Source: the human T2T-CHM13v2.0 reference genome, Homo sapiens. Taken from it: DNA of 64,000 nucleotides. Both the position numbers and the translations under genes were made by a program. The DNA is taken from the NCBI RefSeq assembly GCF_009914755.1, contig NC_060932.1; one strand, given 5' to 3'. Positions 12,061 to 27,706 of this stretch are shown piece after piece; the stretch's first letter is position 1, and each line of letters opens with the position of its first letter. The notes below the pieces were generated by a model. That model was not told the DNA's origin and did not search any database. It saw only the letters and a program-made list of their open reading frames with translations.

Positions 12061-15000
12061 AAGCAAGCTGTCTCTAGATCATTCAATTGCATGTAAAACC
12101 CTAACACAAAGGTCTGTGACTGTTAATGGGCTTGACTGGCGTTTTCTCTTAGTCTAAAGATTCCCTTCACTATTAGGTCATCTTACATAGATGAAATACA
12201 AAATCTGTCTTTAGCCTTTCATCTGCCAGGCTTTTGTAGGAATTATCATTTTGGCAGCCACAGGTTAAGAGTCCTGAGCCCTAGTTAGCGCAGCAACGCT
12301 GAAAATGCAGGGAAAGTGAGGGGAGGTCAGGCCAGCCTCCTAGCAAGAAGACGCCAATGTGTGGGCTTCAGTGCTCCATGCATTCAGGGCCTCGGTTCCC
12401 CTGGCATTCCAAAAGCTTACCTTCAAATGATTCAACAATTTTAATCAAAAGGCATTTAGTCTTTTTTGTAAAAATACCAAAAGAAAAAAAAGGGTTTTAG
12501 GTTCAAGAAATATTCTATCTCCGTGAGACCATTGAAAATCCAACGTATTTCCCAGCAAGATCCATTTGTTCAGCTATTAATATACTTTATTATTTTTCCA
12601 CTATGTCAAGAACCTAGCTATTCCTCTAGTTGATATTTCTTTTAGATGGGAAAAAGAAATCATTATTATTTCAGGCATCAAAAATTCTATTTTCCCTCAA
12701 ATGAACAGAAAATGGGAGCAAAGCAGGCTTTGCTTTGTGAAAAATTCAAACTGAGTATGTAGGTTAACTCATGGATCTGTTGTTCCCATCTATAAATTGA
12801 ATTAAAAATCAGAAAAGACAAATTTATAAAACTACCAATTCAACTGCCCCTGAATAACACTGATAAAAAAGTACTTAGGGTTAGGGATGTCTGTTTAATT
12901 TAAAACTTTCATTTTGACATTAAAACAAAGAGCGAAATCTTATATAATTAGTATCTTAAAAATATATATATTCCTAGCACTCAACACCTGAGAAGTGATT
13001 TTTTTATTACCATTCTCTCCCTGCAAGGATGCAAGTTCCATGACATCACTGAAATGATTATTGGTTCCCCAGAGTGTAGAAGTCTAGCATAGTAGACCAT
13101 CAAATTAAATGAATGAAGGAAGGAAGAAAGGAATGATCTCCTTCTCTTAGAAGGCTTTTCTGCCCTCTGCCTCTCCTCATTTATCCAAGATTCTTTCAAC
13201 AACAGAGGAATGGTATGTTGTTATCTCAGAAGTCTACCTCCAGATAAATCTGGCCCGGCTTATGTTAAGTATCACTTTTTTCTACTCCTCATTATAGACC
13301 AAACACTCAGGGGACTTGATGATATCTTGATGAGATATATTGTCTTTCTGACAAAATTTTCAGTGAATGAGGGAGATCATTGGGTTCCTGGGAAGGAGTG
13401 GGGTAAGGGTTAGGATGGAGGGGAAGGCAGAGGAGAATAAGGAAAAAGAGGACCAATATCCTTGCCCCCAGCTAAAAAGCCTAAGTTTATACCATTGTTG
13501 TGACTTTCCTTAGCAGGATGAGTTCAGCTTTGCCTTCTAACATTTATATCCACCTGCACATCCCTGCTACACTGCAGAATCCTTGGTCAGAGCCTGCTGA
13601 CAGATGACCACCCAGAGTTAACATAACTTTCCAGGGCCTGCTACCAGCCCCATCCCCAGAAACAGGTCCTTGGAGTAAGGGATCTCAGGGTCTTGTCAGA
13701 TTCAGACACAGGGAGCTTGCAAAACTCTGTTCCAAGTGTCATTTTCTGGAATCATCCACCCTTTCTCTGGGCCCCCCATGACTCCATTTGCCCTTTGATA
13801 TGTGGGCCTTGGCTGGGCCTTCAGCTAGCTCATGTGTCAGGGCGTCCTGACATATCACTGTGGCATCCCAGGAACTCTGCCTGACCCATCTGGGAGTGTC
13901 CTGAAACAGCAGACATCTAACTCTCTATGGGCCACAGGAGAAATCTGACCACAAACAAAGCTTCAGGACAATGGGACGGTGTGACCCCACTCACACTGGG
14001 GCCCCTCACCCAGCTGGAGACACTCAGCTTCAATACACACCTCTGCCCTGGCTCCTCTGGAGAAAGCACTCTTTATAGGCCAGTAACAGGGTTAATGCAG
14101 CTGCAAGTGTTGGTGGGGGCAGTAACTCAGAGACAAGACAGAAGTGAAACAAACTGGAGAAAGAGATCGAATATTTTTTGAAGAAAATAAAGTAAAAAGG
14201 AAGAGAGGAAAAGAGAGGCCCTGTAGCTTCCAAGTTCTACTGCCTGATTCTAATCCCAGGTCTCCTATCTTGTCAGTGCCCTCCTAGAGCACAGTACCCC
14301 CCTCTCATCTCCCCTGCCCCACAGCTTATCCCCTTTCCACTGCCAAGTGGCATCTCTCTCCCAACACACCCAGCATAAGACATCATCTCTACATGACAGC
14401 TCCATGCTGCTGCCAGGCCTGGGCCTCAGGAGCTCTGGCTCCTAATAAGACCTGTTAGCAGGCAAAGGCACTTGTTCAATTAAGGGGTGGCTTTTGTACC
14501 AAGAAAGCCACCCTGGCAAAGTCCCAGGTGCTCCAAATTCTCCAACCCCCACCCCCTACCCAGCTTTGATGCTCTGATTATCCTATTGTCAGATCAATAG
14601 CCCATCTGGCTCTTTGGAGTAGTCTAAGCCATCTTGTGCTAAATTAAAACAGATAGGATCAATCTGCAGTTAATTTCTCCCAACCAAACAATTTATCTCT
14701 CTTTTGGATTCTTTTGGAGGGTGAATTATACAATCCTAACACACCATTAGGGCTCTCTGACCAAAGAAAGCCCTGCTACAATGCCAGCCTGCTCTCTTTA
14801 TTAGCAGTTCAACAGTGTGACAAAGGGAGAGATTTATCTGAGAGTGTTGTGCAGACCTAGCCTGAACCTTGCAAAGTCTCTGCCAGGACACCAGGGAGGG
14901 GGAAAAGGATCTGGAATATCAGTGCATGTTAATTATCTTGGAGGAGGGGTTGAACCCAAATTTGGTAAGTTGAGCCTACACCCCTACTTCTGAAGAATCA

Positions 15001-15132
15001 ATTGCCATCATTCAGGAATTTTTTTAATCTCTTTAAGGTAGAATTTTGGTATACTAAAATGTCAAAGGAAACATAGGATTTAAGTCCAAATGGAAACAAA
15101 GTAGGAGTAGAGAATGGGGGAATATATTATTA

Positions 15133-16078
15133 CAGTTGAAACTTGAAAAATGTGGAGGTTAAGGACACCAGTTCTCCTGCAGCAAAAAAAAAAAATCTGT
15201 ATAACTTTTGATTCCCAAAAACTTAACTACCAGCAGCCTATTGTTGATGGAACCCTTACTGATAACATAAACGGTAGATTATTCACAGTGGTTTTATGAA
15301 TTTTCTTTTCTTTTTTTACAATGGCCCTTATGATAGATTCATCTGTCTTGAAATGGTAGACAGCCACAGCTGCAAACCTCAATCTAAGGTACATATCAAG
15401 CAATTCAAATTTTTCTTGTCATGTCAGGACTTTTCTCTGCTTCTTGGGAGCACTTCTGGCATCACTAGTGGTACTTCGTATGGGCCTTATGGTGTTATTC
15501 AAAGTTTATGGTATTGCACTAAATATGATGAAAAATATGCAAGAACTGTGAGAGATCACTCTTCACTGCACTGTGCAATTTACTTGAGAGGCAAACTGCT
15601 CACAGAGATGATTAGCATAACACAGTGTTTTAAGGGGACACTCACAACTTTGAGCTCACCTCCAATAGTAACAGGAGGTCTGTACAAAATTATTACAGCA
15701 ACACAAGTAGGTACTACCATTAACTTCATGCAGTTATGATTTAATATTGCATCTTTGCATTTGTTTACAGTTCTCTAAACTATGAATGGCACCATATACT
15801 GTGTTTCTGCAAGTTTTGATAAGTTTTAACTTTTTATAATAGATTCGTGTATATATTATAGTATTAAATGACAAAGTAGACTAGATTCTACATACGCTTT
15901 ATGTGTTTATGACATACCAAACTTTTTTTAGTTTTCTCGATATTTCCAGTCTGTGTGGTTCATCTGCGACTTTTTTCAAGTTGCTGCACATCTCAAAAAA
16001 AATTCTAACATTTTCTTTAAAAATCCACATATAAGTAAAGCTGCTGAGTTCAAACCTGTGTTGTTCCAGGGTCTACTC
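15133..16078 (-). mobile_element. Tigger2 (TcMar-Tigger), internally deleted DNA transposon
   Basis: Degenerate TIRs 'cagttgaaacttgaaaaa' and 'ttgttccagggtctactc' flanked by TA; Tigger2 internal sequence 'ggtacatatcaagcaattcaa'. Confidence 0.85.
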
Positions 16079-16909
16079 TAAAATTAATATTTATTAGGCA
16101 TTTACCATATGATAGCCCATTTAATGTTGAACACTGTGAAAACTGAGGCTGAAAAAGGCTACGTGACCCTCCAGGATCATGGAATGAGTAAGCGGAACAG
16201 TCAGGACTAATGACCATGAGGCATGCAGAGAGAGAATATAGGAGGACTTTCATACCAGTCTGCAAAAAGCAGCTTCCCCAGGCTCCTGAGTGTTGTCCTC
16301 ATGAAAATCCATGAGAACAACATATAATTAGTTTTTTATTTAAAAAAAAAATTAGCAAATATGAAGCTTTATTTATAAATAGAGAAAAGTTACAGCCTCA
16401 ATATTCAAAGGTCTATTAACTAAACCATAATGCATTCATACGGGCAATATTGTGCAGCTATTAGAAGCTGTAGAGAAGTACAGGTACCCCTTTCTACCAG
16501 AACTCATGCTCCCTGACTCAGAAACCAATAGATTCAGATAGCAAAACTAGTTTTTATAAACCAGGATACCTGGCCATCTCTGTGACATGGTAACTCAAGG
16601 GTTAACATCTGATACATCAAAGAGTCTACAGCGTGCTGCCTCAGGGCTAGGACCAACATCCATAATAGCTGTGAAATATTTGGACTATTACTTCCGGGAA
16701 GGCCAGGATATATTCCAGGAGGTGCCTGACTGCCAGACTCATACCCTTACAGAGAATGCTCTCATTTCCAAGAGGGAAGACGACCAATGGGACAAAGTCT
16801 GGAGGATGCCAGGGAAGAAAGGAGGACAGATCTGGTAAAACATTTATGAGACCAGTCTGGCTTACCAGTGGTTCAGCCCTCTGGAAATGGTTTTTGCAGT
16901 AGGGGGAGA

Positions 16910-17170
16910 ATGATAATACCTACTGATTACTTACCATTTATGGCACTGTTTGAGCACTTACAATTTCATTCGATCCTCATGGGAAAGATACTATTGTAGT
17001 ATTTGATGAAGAAAGGTAGATAAAGAAAGACATACAGATGAAGAAAGGTCCTATTATCCAGATGCACAATAGAGTAACTTGCCCAAAGTCACAGGGTTGA
17101 CAGATTGGTACCAAGATTCAAACCCAAGCAATTTAGTTTCAGAGCCCAGCTTATCAACCAATTCACTACA
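16910..17170 (-). mobile_element. MIR SINE
   Basis: 'agtaacttgcccaaagtcacag...caagattcaaacccaagc'. Confidence 0.65.
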
Positions 17171-17392
17171 CTGATTGCCAGGAGGAAGGAAAAGGGAAAG
17201 AAAGACCCTCACAGAGGAAAACAGGCAAGTGAGTCATCTCAGGGATTTGCTCCTTGTATCCAACATCAAGGCTGATTGCTCTAGACACAATGACACACAT
17301 GGAGCAGTGAGCACCCTGGAGGGAGTGAAGCACCCCATCTTAACAGGCAAAATCTCCAAGCTGCAGTGCTGATACCCACATTCTTTGGACAA

Positions 17393-17724
17393 CTGTATCA
17401 ATAGCATCGTAGGCAACATTTGCTGTATTTGCCTGCCTGGAATCCATTTCTCCTCGTTCTGAAGACAAAACTCTGATTTTGATTAGATGCACTGTCCTTC
17501 TTACATTTTCATTATTATTGCCCGTCAATCAGAGTGTTCCTTTTCCTACTTAGTTTAGGGTGTGTACACAGGAGATAGATTCCTGGAGGTATCATTTGCC
17601 GCATCTGGATCCAGCTATGCCTGAAACATGCCCTGAATTTTTCGGTTAAGAAAGTCTCTCTTTTTCTTAAGAGAGACTGAGTTGAGTTTTTGTGACGTAA
17701 GACAGAAAGAAGCCTATATTATAC
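17393..17724 (+). mobile_element. LTR33-like ERVL solo LTR
   Basis: 'ctggatccagctatgcctgaa...gagttgagtttttgtgac...tataca' resembles the LTR33 3' end. Confidence 0.6.
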
Positions 17725-18118
17725 AACTACGTAATTCACAGATGGAAATTAATAACAGCTAAGACCATCTGCTGCAACCTGGAAGCCAAGCTCAAAACCA
17801 CCTGGTGAGGAACACTGCTCAGGAGACAGTCCAAGGAATAGTGGTTTTATTCTTATTTATCTTCTAGACAACCTACCAGGTTGATCTAGCACAAGAAATA
17901 ACTCTTACAATCATCTGAAATTGTTTTTAAAAATAGCTTTAAATCATCAACTTTAAAAAAAACTTTAGCGGTAAAAATGGCATAAACTGTCTTATGGGTA
18001 GAAAGGAAGGGAGGCCAGTGGAGACAGACCTCATAGATTAGGACCAAAAAACAAACAAAAAAATGCCATAACCTGTTTAATGAGAAAATTCAAAGGTGCT
18101 TTCTAGCTTTGCAGTGTT

Positions 18119-18778
18119 ACTCTGATCAGTCAGGTCACTCAGGAAAACAACCACACTAGTTATATTAACAGAGACAATTTAATATGGGGAAGTGGTTTTA
18201 AAAAAATCATGAGAAAACTGACAAATACATAGGAATGATGAGATAATAGAATGAAAATATGGCAGCAAGCAGCTACCCTATGGCTCATTAAAGGGAAGAG
18301 GTTGAGGTTATCGGAACCAAAAAGCTCAGAGAAGTGGCTCCAGGAAGCTAGGACCCAAACCTTCTGAAGCGCGGATGCTACCAGGCTGCTTCTGTTCCCT
18401 CAGCAGCTTGGAAGGAAGAGCTCTATAGAGGTGGAGTTCAGTCCCCTGAGGAAGGATGTTGCCAGGCTCCCTCTGAGGAGTACAATAAAACAACAAAAAG
18501 TATGGAAAGAAGCTGGAGATTGGAATAAAATGCTGCTACTGGAATGAAAAGCTGTTGGGTGGGAAGTGGCACTGACAGGAACAATACACAGAAGGAAAAA
18601 TGTCCTCTCTCCCTCCTCTTGCTTTCTGGTTTCTCTCCAGTGCTTCAGCGGGGAGAAACTAGCAGGGGCCAGCTAGCAAAGAAGAAATAGAATGTGTAGA
18701 TTCTAAGCCCTCACATTGCAAAGCAGAATGTTGAACTGTTGATTTGGAGCTGAGAAACAATAGCTTAAAAATCAGCAT
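18119..18778 (-). mobile_element. LTR78-like ancient LTR
   Basis: 'cagtcaggtcactcaggaaaacaaccacactagttatattaacagagacaatttaatat' matches the reverse-complement LTR78 end as I recall it. Confidence 0.55.
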
Positions 18779-20317
18779 ATTTCTCCCTATCCAAGGTAGT
18801 CTTCAAGAAAGATTGAATAATTGTTTGGAAAGCCATTGTATTGGATAAAATAATACTACTAGTGATGGCTAACATTTATTAGCACTTGATCCGTATAAAG
18901 CACTGCTATGCACATGACACAGAATAGTTTATTAATTCCCTCAATGCTAAGTGTATATACCATTATTATTCTCATTTTATAAACAAGAAAACTGAAGTCA
19001 GTAATCTTTTTAAGGTCAAATAGAATTCAAACCCTTAAAACTCTGGTCTATATTCTTATCCATTGCAAGAAGCTTGTCTAATTCACCTCTTCTCAGAAGC
19101 CTTTGGAAAATGCCATTGCCCACTGAATTTAACTTTTCTCTCCTCTAAATTCCTTCATATTCACATTGTAGGTTATTATTTCTGTCACACTGAATTCAGT
19201 TAAATAAAGTATGCACAGCCTTTGATTGAAAATCCAGTTCCTTCTGGTTCTCTCCTAATTGAGAGTCTGCATATGTGTATGCATAGACTCCATGAGTAAT
19301 ATTTTTGAAGTCTTTATTTTATTAAACTCTCTTATTTGTCTCCATTTCTGTTCAGGTGATCTGAACTTTATATGGGTTACAGCCAATGCACATACATAAT
19401 TGTGCTTGAAAATGTTAAAGAACCACCCATGTCCCACATGAGACATCAATCATCAATCAATTAGACATCAAAAAACCCTGGGTTTTTCTAAATCATTATG
19501 TCTAACTGGGTTGTTCTCAGAAAGACTGGGTGGGACACCCAGCAATCTCTACCATATGAGAAGCAAAGGATCTTAGGTCAACTCTACCAAAACTCCAGGA
19601 GGAAAAAGTGGTTTGATTTACTCTGCTATTTCTTTCTTTTCCATGTCCTAAATTACAGCTTTCCCTAAGATCAGCATTTGGAGGTGTGAGTGGCCAGGGT
19701 CAGATCTGGCAGTGATGAGGGTATTGCCTACAACACACACCTACACACTGAGAGACCCAGCACAGCCTGAGAAGCCTGTGGCTTGGTTATTCCTGATCTT
19801 CTGATGCCATAGGCACATACCTAATATGCAAGGTGAGCTGATCTCCTGAGCAGTAAAATGATGGAGGAAACCAGGCCAATAGATCCCCACAACCCACAAC
19901 CAATTTATTCAGGGTCACAAAGACCAATACATCATTTAGACAAGCCATCTGGCCTTTGTGCACCTCAGTCTGACCCTGTCCAACACAATGCCACTATTAT
20001 TGATTATTGTTATGGTGAAAACCTAGAGAATCTTGGGCTGAAGTTCAGAAACCCTGGATTCTAGGCTTATATCCGAATTTGCTCCATGACTCTTAGCAAG
20101 CCACTTCCCATCTCTGAACTTTCCCATAAAAATGAAGTCCTTAGACCAGTTCTAATTATTTGTGTTTATTTGATTCCCTCATTGTGGGGGTGCAATGCAA
20201 ATGTGAATGTCTCTGTTCCTTAAGAACAAAAAAACTCACTGCCTTTGACAAGAATTATGTACATGGAACTGATGATGATGAAGTCACAGAATCTCAGCGC
20301 CTAAAGGACACCCCTTG

Positions 20318-21210
20318 TTTTTTTAAGAAAGCATGCTTACATTTTGTTATATACATAGACTGCATAGTGGTGAAGTTAGGACTTTAAGGTTATCCATCAC
20401 CCATATAACATACCTTGTATTCGTTAAGTAATTTCTCATCATCCACCCTCCTCCCACCAGCTCACCCTCTTGAGTCTCCAATGTCCATTATTCTACACTC
20501 TACATCCATATGTACACATTATTTAGCTCCTACTTATAAGTGAGAACATGCAGTATTTGTCTGTCTGTTTCCGAGTAGTTTCACTTAAGATAATGGCCTC
20601 CAGTTCCATCCACCTTGCTGCAAATGACATGACTTCATTCTTTTATGGCTGAATAGTATTCCACTGTGTATATATATATACCATTTTCTTTAACCAGTCC
20701 TCTATTGATGGACACTTAGGTTGATTCTGTATCTTTGCTATTATGAATAGTGCTGCCATAAACATACAGGTGCAGGTATCTTTTTATTTTTACTTATTTG
20801 TTTATTTTAGAGACAAGGTCTCACTCTTCACCCAGGGTGGAGTGCAGGGGTGTGAACATTGCTCACTCTAGCCTTAAACTCCTGAGCTCAGTCAATCCTT
20901 CCTCTTAGCCTCCTGAGTAGCTAGGACTAGAGGTGTGCACCACCAAACACAGTTAATGTTTTTATTTTTTTATTTCTGTAGAGCCTAAAATAAAAAATAA
21001 AATTGCTTAAGGCCAGGAGTTTGAGACCAGCTGGGTCTCTATGTTACCCAGGCTGGTCTTGAACTCCTGGCCTTAAGCAATTCCCCCACTTCTATCTCCT
21101 AAAGCTCTGGGATTACAGGCATGAGCCACCAGTCTATCTTTTGATAAAATGATTTCTTTTCCTTTGGGTAGATACGCACTAGTGGGATTGTCCGAGCCTA
21201 AAGGAACTCT
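20318..21210 (-). mobile_element. L1 (L1PB/L1MA-type) 3' fragment, interrupted by an Alu
   Basis: 'ttagctcctacttataagtgagaacatgcagtatttg...atggctgaatagtattcc'; resumes at about 21135 'tcctttgggtagatac..tagtgggattg'. Confidence 0.85.
20782..21132 (-). mobile_element. AluJ containing an internal inverted duplication
   Basis: Diverged AluJ-type arms; extra ~55 nt between the arms (see findings). Confidence 0.85.
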
Positions 21211-22097
21211 TATTTGTAGAGTGAGATGATCTAGGTTTCTCAAGCAGTAGTGTTCAGGCAAAAGCCACACCATGGGAGATTTGAGACTTAAGTAAACTCA
21301 CCAGACTAACGTCCTGTGTTGTTTAGAACACACTCCACCACTTCTTGGCACACACATCAGAGTCCAATAATTGGACTCTGTACCATCATTCACCAATCCC
21401 TTTTTATTGAAAAATATCAGGAACTGTGGGACAACACATAAGCCATATTCACTTATTTAATAAATATCTTATTAAGTGCCTACTTGAATTTTGCTTTTAA
21501 TATCAGCAGTCAAAAATAGAGCCAGTGGTCAATCTGTGTTTGAGGCACTGACCATCTGCTTGGCTCTCTTAAGTTGTATAATTATTTGTTTGCAACATTT
21601 TGAATTATAGTAAGCACAAGAAATATGGGGGATTTGTTGGCACCAAGGTAATGGTGATACTGGAAAGTTGAATAACTTCTTCCAGCTTCCTTTAATTTTT
21701 GTCAGAATTCAATTCCCAATATCCCCCAGAAGTCCGTAATGATAACAAGTATTGGGAACTGATTAATAAAAGCAGAATTGTCTCAGTCATTGTATCAAAC
21801 CCCATTTCTTGCAGTGAGGATAGATCTGCCTAAGGGGGCAGTTGCAGGGGAAAGAGGAGCCCCCATTTAGCACTAGAAAATTGAGATCCCATTTTCTAGT
21901 GCCAGAAAAATCTGAGGCCCTACAGAGTAGGCAGGAATGCCTTGTCTTCATATACTCCTCACCTCAAGTCATAGTTATCTCTGTCATCTTTTTCCAATTC
22001 ACAGTTCAAAATCAGTCATTTATTTATTCATCGAATTTTGGGGGTAGGATCTAATATATGTCAAGCACTGTTCGAGTTGCTGGGAACATTGCAGTGA

Positions 22098-22564
<467 letters not shown>

Positions 22565-23592
22565 TCATGTTGTATTTTCATTAGGCGTGCAATGTCCATC
22601 TTCCCTTCTAAACTTGGAGCTCCTCAAGGACAATTAGCAAGATTAGTTTTCTCCATGTCATCTATGCCTAACATAAAATCTATCATGTAATAAGCACTCA
22701 GTCATTGCCTTAACTGTCTTCTTTATTTGTCTGATTTCAACTCTGCCTGCTGTGATAAGGTAAGTGTTAATTGTCCCTATTTAAAAGTGAGAAAAGTGAA
22801 ACTTGAAGGTTTTAGTATCTTGTTCAAGAATACACAGCTTCTAAGACAGAAAGCCAGCAAATAGACCTAGCATGGCCAAATTCCCATCCTATGGTAAAGC
22901 ATAGTCCCAGAGCAATCTTCAACAATTCTTGTGTTCAGCAAACACTTATCAAGATATGCCTTATAGAATTTTGAGCTTGGGGAGCTTATAAGAAAAGAAA
23001 CCCATAATATCCCTTTCTTCCTGATCAGTTACTACATCCAGAATGTTAACTTACACCTCCCTCATACATTCAACTCTCTGGGCACAGCTATTCACTGACA
23101 GAGAAAGATTGATAAGATACATCCAAAAGATAAAAAAGGCTTCAATTGGCTGTCAGAACTTTAATTAAAACACTTATAGATCAACTTCACTCCAGCAAAT
23201 TGTCTGTGCCACTATTACTATAGTAAGATGAATGTTCACTGGGAAAACAGAGTACTCTGCCCTGGACTAATGTGTAATTTCATAGCCATTGATTTTTTTA
23301 CTTTAAAAATTCTTCCCTGACTATTGGGAATTGGAACTTGTTCTGGGTGACCTGGCAGCAATGTTACATTTTTTTCTTTTATGAATGCGGAAGACCATTT
23401 CCTAAGCCCATTCATATTTTATCTTCATTGCCCTGACTCAAAACTAAACTGAAGTTGTATGAGATTGTTGAGGACCTCAGATGGAAGTTTCTGAGGACAA
23501 AGGATGGAAAGAGGAATTTGAGCAGCTAAAGGGAAACAGATGAGGAAAAGGAAAGGCCAGAGGAAGAAAATGAATAAGAAATGGGAAAGATA

Positions 23593-23961
<369 letters not shown>

Positions 23962-24539
23962 TTAAATGACAATTTCAAGTAAAAATTATTACAAATTCAT
24001 TAGGAAAGAATATTTTTAAAAATAATTCATCTAATTTACTAAGTAAACTTTTATAGAATGCCTCCTATGTACCAGGCACTAAGTTCATAGTATAAATTAG
24101 AAGTTAACTTTTACCCAGAAATTCATGGTACAAAAAAAAACTGTTTTTAAAATATTTGTCTAGTTTCTCCAAATATAGACATGGCTATATAGTCAGCTAT
24201 ATCTATTTCTTTTGTATCTGTGTATCCATACATACAGATATATGGACATAATTATACATAACAATAGAAGTTTAGGATTAAACATGGAATTTCAGAGAGA
24301 GAGAGAGAATCCTTCTTTTCTGTAGTTCATAAGAGCTTAAATACAGTACCTAACCACTGCCTCCCTGCATGATTTATCCTGGAACAACCCAAATAATAAT
24401 ACTATATCTCATTGTGCCTGAGATTCTATCAATTTTTAAGTGCTTTCCAATTTCAGAAATGTTAATACGAAAAAATGGGCAAAGATAAACCATTATAGAA
24501 ATGATAAAATGAGGAAAAAAATGTATCTTAGAATTGATG

Positions 24540-24795
24540 ATATACAATAATAATCTTTATGATTTTCTGAATGCCTAATATGTTTCAGGTACTGTTCAAA
24601 GTGTTTTACATGTGTCATTGAAACATTGCAGATACTCTGCCTGGCAAGTCATATCATGGTCCCTATCTCACAGGTGAAAAAACTGAGGCACTTAAGGTTA
24701 ACTAACTCTCCCAAAATCACGTGGCTAGTAAAAGGCAGAGTTCAGCTTCAAATCAGGTGCTCTGGCTGTGGAACCAAGTCTTTAAACACCATTGC
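24540..24795 (-). mobile_element. MIR SINE
   Basis: 'cacaggtgaaaaaactgaggcacttaaggttaactaactctcccaaaatcac..gctagtaa'. Confidence 0.75.
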
Positions 24796-25029
24796 TTCAA
24801 ATGCAAAGTTTCCTTTGCTCCTATGGGGCATGAAGAGTGTGTCACCAGGAGTGCAGAGATGCCTCTCCTGCCAACTGTGGGCCAGGAGTATGTATGTGTC
24901 ACTAGGCTCTCACAAGTATGGTTGTTCAGCTTTGACTCAGCTCTCTCTCTAGTCAGCTGCAGACATGATCAGGGTAGAAATGATCTGGCGACCATTTTCC
25001 TGGCCTTCACAGCCCTGCTTCAATTGAGC

Positions 25030-25834
<805 letters not shown>

Positions 25835-25904
25835 CCGTGGAAATCCTTATCCCCATGCTCAGCACCCCAGACAAGCACATGCCAGGCTCAGGCCACACAA
25901 CCCT

Positions 25905-26231
25905 ACAGGTCTTAGTCTCAGGGCCAGGTATGTTTCAGGACTCAGCATTTTTTCAGATGTTAGAAAGGTAAAATTATACAAATGCCATATATTACGTCAA
26001 ATCCCCAGTGGACAGTTCTCTGGGAAACCGCATCAATATTTTCATAGTGAAACATGAATAATTAATGTAACAGAAATATTCAAACCACAATTATCCTCAT
26101 GTCAGTTCAGCTCAGGTTTTGCTGCCAATGAATTGGGTGAGTTTTACTGCCACATTGAAAAAAAATAACCTCTTTGTTTTCAGAGGTACTTTTAAGATTG
26201 AAATATGACATAGCAGATTTTGTGCACCTAT
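25905..26231 (+). mobile_element. MER46C-like TcMar-Tigger element
   Basis: 'gggccaggtatgtttcagga...ttagaaaggtaa' and 'cctcatgtcagttcagctcaggttttgctgcca'. Confidence 0.6.
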
Positions 26232-26858
26232 ATTAATAGTGACTAGATGCTGAATTGGGGCCTAGCTAGTTTTCCCATGACACACTGTTTTGTAAACAAA
26301 CACAAAGTTTGTTTTAAAAAAAAAAGTTGATGCATAGTGATAGGAATATTTTTATTTCAGAAACATATTAGGATAAAGAATTGGACCATTTTTTGCTAGA
26401 AAATTAATTAAAAAATTGTTGAGGGTAGAGGAAAAACAGGCACAGCTAAGACTGTATGTTGCAACAGTCCTTCTAGAAAACAATTTGACCATGTGTATCC
26501 ACAGCCCTTGAAGCTTTTATGACTTTTAACCCAATAATTTGACTTGTGAGAAAAAAAATTCAAACTTCGGAGGAAAAATAAGTATGAAGATGTATATTTC
26601 ATCATTATTTGCATGTAGGATACAATCTAAATACTTTAAAATAGAAAAAGGATTAAAGATTTTGTGGCTTACATATGCAGTGAAGTACTATGAAGTCATC
26701 AACTTGAGAAAATGCTTGCAATATAGTATTACAAGGGAAAACTGTGTGTATAATATAGTGCAGTGGTTAAGGTTACTGGACAGATTGCTGAAGTTTGTGT
26801 CCTCAGAAAGTTATTTAACTGAGTCTCAGTTTTCTCATACATAAATGGTGACAGTCAT

Positions 26859-27340
26859 CGCAGCAGGCAGAATAATGCCCTCCCAAAAACATCCCCATTG
26901 ACCTGTGGATATGTTAAGTTAAATGACAAGAGGGGAATTAAGGTTGCAGCTGAATTAAGTTGCTAATAAGCTGACCTTAAACTGGAGGATTAAACTGGAT
27001 TATCCAGGTGGACCCAAAGTTATCTCAAAGGTCTTCAAACACGGAAGAGGGTGCAGGAGAGGGAGGAAGAGTGGTGCAATACGAGAAAGGCCCACTGTTA
27101 ATGGCTTTGAAGATGAACATAAGGCAAAGAAAGTAGAGACGTCCAGAAAGTGGAAAAGTCAAAAAACAGTCTCCCCCAGAGCCTCCAGAAAGAATGCTAA
27201 TTCTGCTAACAGCATGGCTTCAACCCAGTGAGACCAAGGCTGGATCTGTAACCTCCAGAACTGTAAGAGAATCCATTTGTGTTGTTTTAAACCACTAAGT
27301 TTGTGGTGATTTGTTAGAGCAGCCATAGGAAACTAATATA
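26859..27340 (+). mobile_element. MLT1D MaLR solo LTR
   Basis: 'ggcagaataatgccc...cctccagaactgtaaga...gcagccataggaaactaata'. Confidence 0.85.
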
Positions 27341-27656
27341 GAATAATGTTTTACTAGTCAGGGAAATAAATTAACCCCAGCCAAAGACCTACATGCTCAA
27401 GAAATACTGTTAATATTATAATTATCATGTGTATAGAAAATACTGAATATCAATATTTTATCAATGTTTCCTCAAGGAAATGGTTTATAAGTGATTTTCT
27501 TGTTTCTTTTTAATTTCAAGATTTTCTAAACTGAGGATGAAATTCTTTTGATTCAATGTAAAAATAGCAATAAGTACCATACAAGAGTTGTTTAGTTTGG
27601 GGAAAATCTTACTCAGATCCAACTCCTCTGACCGCTCCAAAACCAACACCCTAGGC

Positions 27657-27706
27657 CAGTGGTTCTCAGCTGGGGGTGACTTTGCACCCAGGTGACATTT
27701 GATCAT
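27657..27706 (+). mobile_element. MER20 5' fragment
   Basis: 'cagtggttctcagctgggggtgactttgcacccaggtgacatttg'. Confidence 0.7.

Noticed and set aside
15296-15739. 147-aa ORF inside Tigger2
   Set aside because: No recognisable transposase motifs; the element is internally deleted.
21826-21843. CTCF-like motif GCCTAAGGGGGCAG
   Set aside because: The 5' half deviates from CCAC/CCGC(C/T)AG; too weak to call without data.
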